Assembly (NCBI GenBank): GCA_907165135.1
Contig: OU015567.1
Span: 3,224,001 to 3,288,000 of the forward strand
Reading direction: 5' to 3'
Source of the DNA: Oikopleura dioica
Taxonomy: Eukaryota > Animalia > Chordata
Length of the DNA: 64,000 bases
In this document: piece after piece, positions 11,053-21,990 of the stretch
Layout: each line of letters starts with the position of its first letter
Numbering within the stretch: position 1 is the first letter of the stretch
Notes under the pieces: generated by a model
Database searches by the model: none
What the model saw: only the letters and a program-made list of their open reading frames with translations
What the model was told of the DNA's origin: nothing
Made by a program: the position numbers and the translations under genes

Positions 11053-11920
11053 TCAGTCAAGAAGAGTTTTGTAACAAAATTTTGCATATTTTTCTTCAAA
11101 GCCGCTCGATTTGATGATCATTCCGAAATCATTTCCTCCCGGTTGAAGAATTGCGTTCCAATCATGAGAAGTGAGGGAGCCGTCAGCGTAAACAGAAGTC
11201 CACGGCGAAACATCAGAGTCGTCGGGAATAGGCAAGACGATTCTCCATTCGTAAGCGCTAGTTTCCAACTCGAAGCTGATCTTTTCCCGGGTCGTTTCAA
11301 TTTTTTTAAAAAATGAAACTGAAAATTGTCATCTTTTAATACTTTATTCATGCAATTTAACGACCCTGTCCTTATATTGTCCGGCCATTATTTCTCCTTC
11401 GGACCAAACATTTGTAGGATTAAAGGAAACGAGGTCACATGACTCTTCCGAAAGATTGAGTGGCGTTTTGGTTGTCGTGGCAAATGTTAAGGGCTCTCCA
11501 ACAACTTAAAAAATATAAACCAGATGGCATCGAACTGAACTTACTTGTCTGTGTCGTCATTTTGAAGGTCGTGTAGTCAGATCGATCTGATTCTTCTGCC
11601 GCTTCCGTGCATAGCGAAAGATTTTCAATCGGATTTACCGCTGAGCAGCTTTCTTCTGATTGAACTTGAATCGTGAAATCCATCAAATCGTCGACATTGA
11701 AATACGCAGCTTGGAGCTCGTGGCTTGAAGCCTCTGCTGCGTCAGTTCTTGCTCGCCAAAGACCATGAATCGAAACTGGGGAAGACCAGTCGATGTTTAC
11801 TTTCCAAGAATTGACGGGGATGTCGGGAAGTTGGACGGAAAACTCGTAGAAGCAGTTTGAGTCGGTGGAGTTCCAAGTGTTTGTGATGAAAGTAGCATTT
11901 GCCACATCAAGAAGCTGAAA
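11053..11920 (-). CDS. Protein with two CBM2-like (cellulose-binding-type) domains; 5' end unresolved
   Basis: Domain 1: TFITNTWNS..FYEFSVQLPDIPVNSWKVNIDWSSPVSIHGLWRA..YFN. Domain 2 after splicing: CDLVSFNPTNVWSEG..AGQYKISFE..AYEWRIVLPIP..VSPWTS..SHDWNAILQPGGNDFGMII. Thr-rich linker between them. Confidence 0.6.
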
Positions 11921-12298
11921 ATTTTTGATTATTCAGAAACGATTTTAACGATTTTACTGGCCCAGCAGGTGGTAGCGGACTCCAGAGACAGTTTCAGGCA
12001 AACACAATCAATAAATCTTTGACCGTAAAATTTAAAAGGGTTTAAAAGCGCCAATGTTCCAGCGAATATCATAAGAAATCAAAATGACTGACAAAAAGAT
12101 ACAAAGCTTTTGTTAAGCTTTTCATAGAAATATCACAGAATTTCTCTCTTTCAAAAAATAATTGGTTTTCCAGCGGATGAACTCAAGAAAAATTAAAATG
12201 AATAACGTAAATCCTTATTTGTACTGCAACCATGTTCGTGTTCAATAAAATATGCTTAGTTTTATATTTTGGAAATCCTTTTCCATAGGAAAATTTTC

Positions 12299-13245
12299 TC
12301 AAGTTAGAACTGTAGTAATGATCTTTACCTCGCAGTTGCAATCTCCAGCACCTTCAGGATGACAGGCTCTTCGTTCAATGCAGAAGTTGTAATCATCTCC
12401 AAACAGGCCATCCTCACACTGGCAAGAGTGACTTCCTTCCTCATTCGTGCAAATTGAGTTCATCGGGCAGGCATCTCCCCTTTCGCATTCATCGACATCA
12501 ACGCACTCGGTATCGTCTTCATTTGCTTCGTAACCAGCTTCGCAAATCAAGCAGGGCTCTTCTCTCGTTTCGTACTCGACTTCGACTTCGCAAAATGGCC
12601 CTTCACAGGTTCGGGTTCGGTTGTAAGAGTCATCGTAGCACTCGCCCCAGTCAGACCAATCCGACCAGACTTGAAGGTCTTCTTGGACGGTGTGGAATTC
12701 AACGCCACTGAAATCGACGCATTTTCCCACTTTGTTCTTCTTGATGTAAACTTTAGCTTCATCGGCTAGTCTTCCCAACTTTTTGGTTTTCCCAACACCT
12801 TTGCAGTAAAACTCAATCGTGTTGTCATCCTGCTTCTTGATGTATTTCGCGGAGTATTTCGATCCGCAGCGGACAGGCTTTTTGAGGTCGGGATGGTCGA
12901 GGCTGACTTCGTAGTCTTTGTAGTCTTTGGCTTCTCCGTCGACAGGAATGGTGATGACAGTGTTGTGGACGAAGACTTCCGTGACGAATTTCGCGACGAG
13001 AGCAGTACCTAAAGGATGAGAAATTAAATGATGATTTTGACCCAAAAAAAATCTTGAGAAAAAAAAAAATTTTATGAAAAACTTCTGAAAGCAGAATTTT
13101 AAATAAAATATTCTCAGTTCTTTCCCTTACCTTGAGTAATTGGGCAATTTTTGCCACCCAAAATCTCTACTTCAAAAGGAACGTTGATTCCTGGAGCATC
13201 TTCGCCAGCAAACACGGTCGAAAAAACGAAAGCGGACAACTTCAT
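12299..13245 (-). CDS. Secreted TSP1 + calcium-binding EGF protein
   Basis: Signal-like MKLSAFVFSTVFA at 13245, one intron, then WSDWSDWGEC..RTRTC (TSP1) and CVDVDEC..CPMNSICTNEEGSHSCQCEDG (cbEGF). May splice onward into the CBM2-like exons. Confidence 0.75.
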
Positions 13246-14092
13246 AATTATCTTATGAAGAAAGTCGGAGTTATGAAACGAGCATCATGCGCGGTTGGTT
13301 TTATGTGAACGGGAGACGTGATCATGCGCCGCTTCGGGCAAAACACGTACAAAGTGCTCGACGTTTAACGTTACCGCATTTTCTGGGGAATTGAGTAACG
13401 ACTTTATTTTTCAGGAAAAAGAATCAACACGTCCACTGTAAAGGGAATTGACCCCAAGAAGGAGTTTCTTTTTCCTGAGGAAAATCGCCGAAGATTTTCA
13501 TTTTTGCGGACGATCAAGATTAAAAATATAGATTTGCGAACAGATGGTTTGTTTTTTGGAATGAACCTAGGCCAGATGCAGCGTTCTTTTGAAGCAGATT
13601 TTTATCAGATTCCTTTGGAAATAAATACGCAGAAGATCACATTTCGAGCTCAGTCGAGAAAAAACCTTTATTTTTGAAATGATTTTTGAATAGTGGAATG
13701 ATAAAATTTGCAAAAATATAGTTAATTGATAAAATGATTCAAGAACGCAAGAAGAGAGTGAAATCTTGTAAAAGCATTTATAAAATGAGACATTTACATA
13801 TGCTTTCCCGTGAAGGGGGGTTTTGAATAAAGTTAATTAAATAAACAATTATTCAATTTCTGCGTCATCTTATTATTCTGAATAAAGGCTGTTGAAATTA
13901 ATTTTCGAATTTATGTTGATTTATTACGAAACAGTCGAAACATTCGGTTAGACTCTAACCGTTAGAGAAAGTGTTTTCTCAAATTTGAAGCGAGAATTTA
14001 CTCGCGAGAAGATTCCGGCGTCACGATAATCAACAATCTGTCGTTTCTCATGCTGATGAGTTCTGATCAAGTTTACCCTTGTATTTTTGAAA

Positions 14093-15625
14093 ATGAGAGT
14101 TTTGAGTAACGTGATAGCATGTCTTGCTTCTGCTGAGGTAATTTCTCCAACAGGTAGTCTGACAAGTCTGTATCTGAATTGATCTTTTCCTTTCAAAGGA
14201 AGTTATACTGACTCAAGAGGACTACAACGAGACACTTTCCAGATCAACAAAACCCTCTCTACTGATGACTACCATTTCGTCGTTCTTGGCGATTGGGGAG
14301 GCCGACCAGCTCCGCTTTACACATCCCCGCTTCAAGTTTCTGGGGCCGTTGCGTTGATGAAATACGCAAAACTCTACAAACCAGAATACGTCGTCTCCAT
14401 CGGCGATCATTTCTATTTCAACGGAATCGAATCCGTCCAAGACAGACGCTGGGAAAGAACGTTCGAAAATGTCTATGACTCGGCAGAAATGATGGTTCCT
14501 TGGTACCCAGCAATGGGGAATCACGATTGGGACAAACTCCCGGAAGATACCGAAGGAGATCGACTTGGAAATGGCTGGGCGCAAATTGAGTACTCGGCTC
14601 ATGGAACCGGCCGATGGACTCATCCGGATTTGTTTTTCACGACGGAATATACAACTGGCGATGGAACAATTGTTAAGACAATCGTGATTGATACTCCGAC
14701 GCTGACGGGGGTCTACAGCGGAGAACCTCCACTTCCGGATAGAGATGACCCAAGGTATACTTTCTTTGAAAATCTAGAAAGTCTTTTTTCGCAAATTTCG
14801 GTAACCATAAGATGTCACTTTTATCAAGAAAATTGACATAAATTTTTTTCAAAATTTTGATTGAATTGACCTAAAAAACTTTCAATGTATATCTCTGAAA
14901 ATATCTTCAGGTGTTCAAACTTCTACAATCTCGATTGCCCACTAAAACGCCTCAACCCACTCTTCCCGGAAATCTCTGCCTGGGCGTTTGAATGGATCGA
15001 AGAAGAACTCGTAAAATCTGAGCACGCGGATTACCTCTTCGTTGCCGGCCATTACCAAATTGTTGATACTGGCGGAATTTACGACTACGAGCTATTCCGC
15101 CGCCTCGACCCTCTTTTCGAGAAATACCGCGTCAATGCATTCTTCCAGGGACACAAGCATACCCATGAACACGCAATCAGATCGCCAAAGCTTTTTCCAG
15201 AAAGCGGCGAGGAAAATGAAGGTAGAGAAAGCTTTTCTTTCTGAATGAAAATTATTTTTCAAGGTACTGTTCATTACATAACTACTGGCGCTGGAGCACT
15301 GTTAGGACTGTGTTGTACTTCTAGTGGTTAAATTCAAAGTTTATCTCAAAAACACCAGAAAGACGTAGAAGCAGTCATCTTTGAAATCCTCCAAGCCGGT
15401 CCAAGCCCCCGATCTGGCTGTCACGAGCGCTGGGAAAATTCCGGAAACGACAACGGCCAGGCAATTTGCAAGTACTACTGGTCTACGAGACACATGAACA
15501 GCGGCTTCACCTCCGTTCACGTGACGAAGGAGAGGGCAAAAGTGAGCTTTGTAACTGCAGAAGTAGAGAACCCCGCGGACGATTTTATTGTTGGACATGA
15601 ATATGAACTCTTCCCAAGAAAATAA
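14093..15625 (+). CDS. ACP5: Purple (tartrate-resistant) acid phosphatase, ACP5-like
   Basis: Signal MRVLSNVIACLASA; metallophosphoesterase motifs VLGDWGG, SIGDHFY, MGNHD, AGHY, FQGHKH; short GT-AG introns; stop at 15625. Confidence 0.9.
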
Positions 15626-15627
15626 AT

Positions 15628-16110
15628 TTATCCGATGACAATCGGTCTTCGAATTGCTGGTCTTCCGAAAACTGGCGGCCGCGGTCGTTTTGAAGGGAGA
15701 AGTTGCTTGACGACGGCCTTCGCGACGAGCTTTTTCGGCAGAGAAAGAGGTCCTAAACGAGGCGGAGTCGGCGGTCTGGGAAATCGACAGCCAAACTCAA
15801 GAAATTCCCCGCAATCCTCGAAGCTGCCCTTTCAGAGTTTCAGGTCCATCTTCGCGCAGTTTTCATCCCCAGTATCTAAAATTGATCTATTGCCCCTCTC
15901 TCTCTAGAATTTTCACGTACCCATCCAAATCGTAGCCGGAGAAATTTTATCCTCGGAAAGTTTTTGCCACAAGAAATCTAAATCTTCTTTTGAAGCAAGT
16001 TTGCCCCCCTTTCTCGCACATGCGAATTCCGCTCCTTTCCGTGTCCGTTTTTTATTGAAAAGGGTAACGTACGCATTTGAAATTGAAACAAGCAAGAAAA
16101 GAGTTCTCAT
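15628..16110 (-). pseudogene. Small secreted C-type-lectin-like gene with an in-frame TGA
   Basis: MRTLFLLVSISNA..AEFACARKGGKLAS..IWM / DTGDENCAKMDLKL*KGSFEDCGEFLEFGCRF, then a Pro/Lys-rich tail. TGA at 15832-15834 lies inside the domain. Confidence 0.55.
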
Positions 16111-16386
16111 TATATTTTCACTTTTTTTGACCTGATTTCGACTGAAATGAAGCATTTTCTTTTTTAAAGTGGTCTTGGGAATTGTGTTTATAACATTGTG
16201 GTCGTTTCATAACAAATATTTCTGGGCTAATGGATTCCTTTTACAGGAACACTGGAAACTGCAAGACGCTCATACTTTTCAAATTATCCAATCATCAATA
16301 TGAAAGAAAATTAAGTCAAAATGATCATAAGTTTTTTTTCTGTATTATGGTATTTTTCTCGCGACGCAAAAATGGGAAAGCTATAT

Positions 16387-17702
16387 TTAGGCTCTGTAGT
16401 AATCAACAAGACTGTGCAAAAAGTGAAATTTCTCCAAGATCTCTTCATCATCCTCATCATTCTTAATTGCTTCCATCGAGTTTTTAAGCGACTGGCACAT
16501 TTCTACTGGAAATTGCTTATTTGGTTGGCGTGGTTTTCCGAAGACTGGAGCTGAATCTGCATCTCCGGTGGCGGAAAAGCTCATCCGACGCTTTTTCGAA
16601 AATGTAGATTCTTGAAGTTCAGGGGCAAAGCTTGGCATTGACCGTCTTCTTGATTTGGTTGTTGAGGGGTCTCTTGAAGAGACGAGCTGTTTTAGCTTTG
16701 ATGCTACTTCTGGGAGGATGTGAGAGGAGCGCCGGGAGGAATCAGAAAAGTTGTTGAACCCAAGGCTGCCAGAAACGGACCCGCGGCGGGAGGTTTGAGC
16801 TGAGCCGAACGCGCTTTTCGGGTTAAAACTTGCCTCATCAAAATTATAAAATATTGGCAATCTTCAACCCTAACTATCGTTGTCTCCGAAATCCCCGTCA
16901 TTGGTAGAGAAGCACCTCGCGATATTGAGCGACCAGAGCGAACTTTTTCCTTCTTCTGGATTTTGCTCCTTCTTGAATCGCGATCGATGAAGACTCAGAT
17001 TGTGACGAATTGAGTTTTGCCACTTTTTCGCGTTTCCATCGTGGAATTCGGCGACATTTTCGAATAGCCAGTCGTAGATTTCTTTCAGCGTTAGTTTTCC
17101 GTTTTCAGAGTGGGTAAGGGCGGTTTCGATGAGCTCGTAGTAGGTCATTGGGATGCCCTAAAGAAAATAGCTTCTAAATCGAATGAGTAAGGCCTACCCG
17201 AAAGCTGCCAGGGCGAGATGAGCAAAATTTCATATCCGAATTGATCGATTCTTGGTTTTGGGAGGAAGTCTTTTCCACCTCAAGATCGACTTCGTTTTCC
17301 ACCTCCATTTCGGTCTGAAGCATTGTCTCATTTTCAGGCTCTTTTGTTATTTCCTGTCTATCAAGTCTACAAACGAATTGTTAGCTAGTGTAAAAAGGTT
17401 TGAAATTTACTCAAGAAAGTCGTAAGTTGGCGTATCAAAAAGCTCGGCGAGGAAGGGATCATCAGCTGATTTTTGATCATTGAAGTTTGTGAAATCATGA
17501 TCTGCGTCGGGCCTTAGCTCAGGCATCAGATCTTCAAGCTATTCTTGGGTAATCGAGAAAATATTATCGTTGTTATCTAGTTACTCTTTTGTATTTAATT
17601 CACTTAGTAATTGGCTGAATACTTCAAGAACGCAAAAATATTTTGCTTTTTATGGTTTTCCAAAATTTTACCCGTTTCCTGTAAATTGATCAAGCCGCTC
17701 AT
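16387..17702 (-). CDS. Forkhead transcription factor, most similar in motif to FoxO
   Basis: ORF 16870-17148: MTYYELIETAL..LTLKEIYDWL..WQNSIRHNLSLHRSRFKKEQNPEEGKSSLWSLN (cf. FoxO SLHSRF..QNEGTGKSSWW.LN). C-terminal exon rich in RRxS motifs. 5' exons uncertain. Confidence 0.8.
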
Positions 17703-18255
17703 TTCAAGAGTTTGCTATTTTGTTTCTTCTCCTAATTGAAAAAAGCTTTCTTTAGGGATTGGACTTTCTCTTTCCAGAGGAACAAAATATTGAGCCAAAA
17801 AGGATGAAGTTTCGTCGTTGTGAATCATTTTCCCGTTTTCAAACGTGTTTTATCCCCGAGAGGATAGACTGTCTCTTGCAAATGTCTGTCTCGGAGACGA
17901 AAATTTCAGAAAATCCGCAAATTTTGACTATTCAAAAAACGACTTTTGAGGGACGTGTAACCTCAATTAAGTTTCAGCAGAAAAAAACTATGGCAGATAT
18001 AAAGAAAATCAATGTTTTCTGCATGGAATGCATCCTTTTTTAGCATATGCCCCGGGGGCAGCGAACCTTATGATGTCTTCATCGGCTCTTTGATGAGCTT
18101 CTCGGAACATTTAGGAGGCGATCAATACTTTTAAATAACGTGTTTCCTTGGGAAAGACGGTGAAACAACTTATTTACTACTAGGAAAAATATAAAAGTCG
18201 CCGAAAAATTAAAATGATTATCAATATTGAAATTCAAAAAAAACAAATATTTTTA

Positions 18256-18555
18256 TTAAGCATCGATAGAAGTAACAACAGCCCTACATGGACAAGTCAG
18301 ACATTTCAGCGAATTTTTACAGAAGCAATAAATTGTACCAATGATAGACAATATACTGAAAGATACAAAAGTTATAGTAACGATCAGAATGATTTTGAAA
18401 GAGTCTTCTACAGCTTCTACGATTTCTTCCGAGTCGCCAAACTCGCCAAGAAAATCGGAAACAGTCTCATTTATCTTGCCCATTGACAGCGTTAAATTTT
18501 CAACCGGAAAAGAACCAAGTTCACGAATAGCTCCATGAAGAGCTTCTTTATCCAT
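18256..18555 (-). CDS. Last exon of a small single-pass membrane protein
   Basis: Acidic juxtamembrane region, then FKIILIVTITFVSFSILSIIGTIYCFC and a Cys-rich tail. Upstream exons unresolved. Confidence 0.45.
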   Translation of the reverse strand: MDKEALHGAIRELGSFPVENLTLSMGKINETVSDFLGEFGDSEEIVEAVEDSFKIILIVTITFVSFSILSIIGTIYCFCKNSLKCLTCPCRAVVTSIDA

Positions 18556-19084
18556 TTTTTCTCAAAAAGATGTTTCTTGAAGAAAAAAAAGATTAATTCC
18601 CGACTGCAGGTATCTTATCTCGAAACCCTGGTCAACTGAATAAATAATTCTGAAACATCAGTTCTCATTCATCAATTCTTATTCACTCGCAGAAAAGGGC
18701 ACTCGATTTTAATATATGCGGACGGCGATATAATACCGTAGTATCTGTGCAAACGCAAGTGAACTGCACATTGTTGCCTAGAAAATCTAATTTGTTATTA
18801 GCATCTTGTGGACAACATCACATGACATAACAAATAAGGTGACTCGATTCGAAAAATCAAATTATAACAAGCAATAAATATTTTTTGCTAGTGCGCTCAT
18901 TTATGATCAATGATATAATTTTTATTAAAAAATGCTGATTTTTCGAATTTCATTATCATTTTTGAACGCGATATCATGCGATCCTCCACCAGTCTGATGC
19001 TTATTCATCCGAGGATAAGGAACAGCTCGAATGAGAAATCAATTTGATAACTATTAGTTGTTCTCAAAGAATATAGGTATTTAT

Positions 19085-19491
19085 CGACGGTACTGAATAT
19101 GTAACGAATGTAACGAATGTAACGAAAACTCAAAAACATGTCTTTTTCTCGTTACATTGTCAGTAAAATTCTAGAGATTTTTTGTTTATCTTATTTCATC
19201 CCCTTGAGTTTCCTACAAATTTACCCGCGGAGCGGGCGTTTTTAATCATTCAGAGCAGGTTTGGAAAACGAATCTACCATATTTATGCTATTCTGCATTC
19301 TTTTTGTCTTTTTTTGCTCTTTTCGATATGTTCAATTGTTGAATAAAGTAAAACTCCCCAAGATCGCTCTTTAGAAAAAGTTTCTAAAATCAGCTAACAA
19401 AAAAACAACATGTCTCCGTTTTCGTTACATTGTCAGCAAACTCGTTACATTCGTTACATTCGTTACATTCGTTACATATTCAGTATCGACC
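19085..19491. mobile_element. Probable MITE with 9-bp subterminal repeats
   Basis: Inverted ends TACTGAATATGTAACGAATGTAACG (19091) / CGTTACATTCGTTACATATTCAGTA (19485), TGTAACGAA x3-4 per side; flanking 8-bp direct repeat GTATTTAT at 19077-19084 and 19492-19499. Outermost bases imperfect. Confidence 0.7.
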
Positions 19492-19549
19492 GTATTTATT
19501 CAGTAAAGAGATAAGGCAGTAACATGGATTTGGCATATTGAAAGCTGCT

Positions 19550-19768
19550 TTAGTCAAAATGTGTTTTGGACACTCGACAGCTAAATACTCTTTTTAGATT
19601 TTTGATGTATTCTTGGATTTCAAGTTTCTTCTTTTTAAAGGTCTTCACCGTTTTTGTTGCAGAAAAATGTCGCTTTTTCATGTGTAAAAATGCGTTGTTT
19701 CGTAATCTGTTGAAAGCAATCGAGTCCGCTGAGGCTCCAAAAATAAAGAAAAGCTTGATCAACAGCAT
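19550..19768 (-). CDS. Small secreted peptide precursor candidate (72 aa)
   Basis: MLLIKLFFIFGASA signal-like start; basic sites KKR, KKKK and KR; single exon. Confidence 0.4.
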   Translation of the reverse strand: MLLIKLFFIFGASADSIAFNRLRNNAFLHMKKRHFSATKTVKTFKKKKLEIQEYIKNLKRVFSCRVSKTHFD

Positions 19769-19779
19769 TTTTGTTATTG

Positions 19780-21777
19780 ATTGATTATACTTATTTTTAG
19801 ACTTTGTCTCCGCTGACGGCATTTTATGAAACTGGCGCTCTCATTTCGGAGCATGTTGAGGAGAAAATCGGAACAGTCGGACGCAATGTGAGCGGAAAAT
19901 AAAGACTCACGACGGACCGAAAGCTGATTCCGGTAGATGCTCGGACGTAAAGAGAATCCTTCTGAGGAAAATTTGACAAATTTGAAACAGGGCTCATTCT
20001 TACAAAGGAAATTTATTCGGCAATAAAGGACTTGACAATTTAACTAAACTGCTGACTGTCAAAAGAAGTGTCGCGCTCTTGATAAGCTCCCATCGCCACA
20101 AACGAGCCAAAAAAGAACAAGAACATGTTGAAGCAAAGAGAAGCGGAGGCAGTTGGATGCGGATTCTCCCTCACGATCTAGAATTTCTTTCAAAATTTGT
20201 TTTGAGGGCAAAAACTCACGTATTTTGACATTCCGCAGCAATCGATGATGATAAGAGCAAGCAGACAGAGGAACATCGCCAGAACTGCTTTGTTGTAAGG
20301 AGGAGTAATTGCTGAATACAGTGAGAACGAGTTTCTTGATGAGATTGAACCTGGTCTGACTTGAAAGTTCCACATAAGGGCGAAAAATGCAGAAATGCAT
20401 AGATGCAGCATGAAAGAAGCCCAAGCCCACGAAACAGCGTAATTATTCGTTGGAATCATTTTGAAAGCGACTGGTAATTCTTCAATTCGGTCAGCTCTGT
20501 TTTCTGGAGTTAATGTGCAGTCGCAAATTCTCATTCGATAATGGATAGTCTCACTTGAATTTGCGTCTTTGCATGAGTCTTCAATAACCTACAAAGAAAG
20601 AAAATTTTTTTGAAGGAAGGGGGATGAAACTTACAGTGACTACAAAGCCGGCTAGTTCTGGTGCTGGCTTTTGAGTTGTAGTGGATTGAGTGGTGGTCGT
20701 TGTTGACTGAGTTGTAGTTTGTGATGTGGTTGTTGTTGTGGTTGTAGTGATGGTTGTAGTTGTTGTTGTTGTTGAAGTTGATGATGTCGAAGTTGTTGGT
20801 GATTCGTTTTCTTCAGCCTTATTTTTTCTTGATAAAATGACCTTATTTAATCAATACTTGTGAAAAGCGTGCAAGCTGTGTTCATTCATGCAACAATTTG
20901 GATAAAAATTGTTCTCATAATTTAAATCAAGTTTCCTTTACGACAGCGAAATTCGCGGTGAGCGCAAGAATCGTCGTCAAGCGTACCATGGTTGTCAGGC
21001 AATGTGGATACACCTCAGGAAAACCAATTTCACAAGGCAGGGGAATTTCTTGAGAAGAATATAAATTAAAAAGCAATAGGTGGCGTATTTTCATTCTCTC
21101 ATAGTCCGCGCTGGTCGAAAATTAAGCGATGTCTCCTTCATGGTCAAATATTTGCGATGAGTCGTAACATTTGATCCTGCTCTCAAGAGGTCTTTCTATT
21201 CAAACATAATGAATATTTTTATTTCTTGATAATATTTATGCCAACTTACATAAGTAGTTTCGAATTGGGATATTTATCAAATCTCAAGTTATAAATGATT
21301 AAAAACAGTAAAATAGTCAGCACAGGTTTTTCACAAAGAAGCTGGCATCTGATTTTGAATAAATTATCGAAGGAAAGAGTCACTGGATCAAGTATAAAAC
21401 CAAGTTTGTGAAAAATTCTCCCATTTTTAAAATAAGGCTGATGCGCATTTTCTACCTTTTTTGCTCGATTTTTGTTAGCGTCAATGCAGTTATACCAAAA
21501 TTACTACAGGCAAGACTGGATTGGCCTTATACAGACAGGTTTTTTGACCAGAAATGACGCACGATTTTATAAATCATATTTACAGTGAAATCAAAAATCA
21601 TCTTTCAAACTGGAAGAAAATAACGAGTAAGGACCCAGCTGAGCCAGAAATAAAGGGTAAGTCTTGGTTCATCAATGATGAATCATCATGCTTTTTTAAA
21701 CATAATTTAAGTTTTCCCGGATGATGCTCTGAGCCGTATCCCTCGATACACAGCAGTAAGAGAAGAAGAGACTTCAT
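19780..21777 (-). CDS. Membrane protein with a Thr-rich mucin-like stalk and several TM helices (model uncertain; may be more than one gene)
   Basis: Signal-like MKSLLLLLLCIEG at 21777; Cys-containing exons; poly-Thr exon at ~20640-20810; hydrophobic helices in ORFs 20190-20534 and 20059-20430. Confidence 0.4.
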
Positions 21778-21990
21778 TAACCTAATCTTTTTAAAGTGGA
21801 ATTCACTAGTAAGCCAAAGAAGAGACCGAAAAAATGTCAATAGAATGCTGCGAATGCTTCGAGGTTACTGAAATTCTAGAAAACAATAAATAAATATCTT
21901 TCAATCTTTGACTTTTTGAATCATCTGTTTCTTTCCCACGCCTATTTTTGCAATAAAAAAGTCAGAGGAACTGAAGTGTAAAGAGAAACC

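Noticed and set aside
17560-17600. Forkhead gene as a pseudogene because of upstream in-frame stops
   Set aside because: The stops bracket a 46-48 nt intron-sized segment ending in AG and a downstream ATG exists; cannot be called without cDNA.
20640-20810. GTT/GTA microsatellite (also CAA run at ~54505-54525)
   Set aside because: These are Thr-codon runs within coding exons, not independent repeats.
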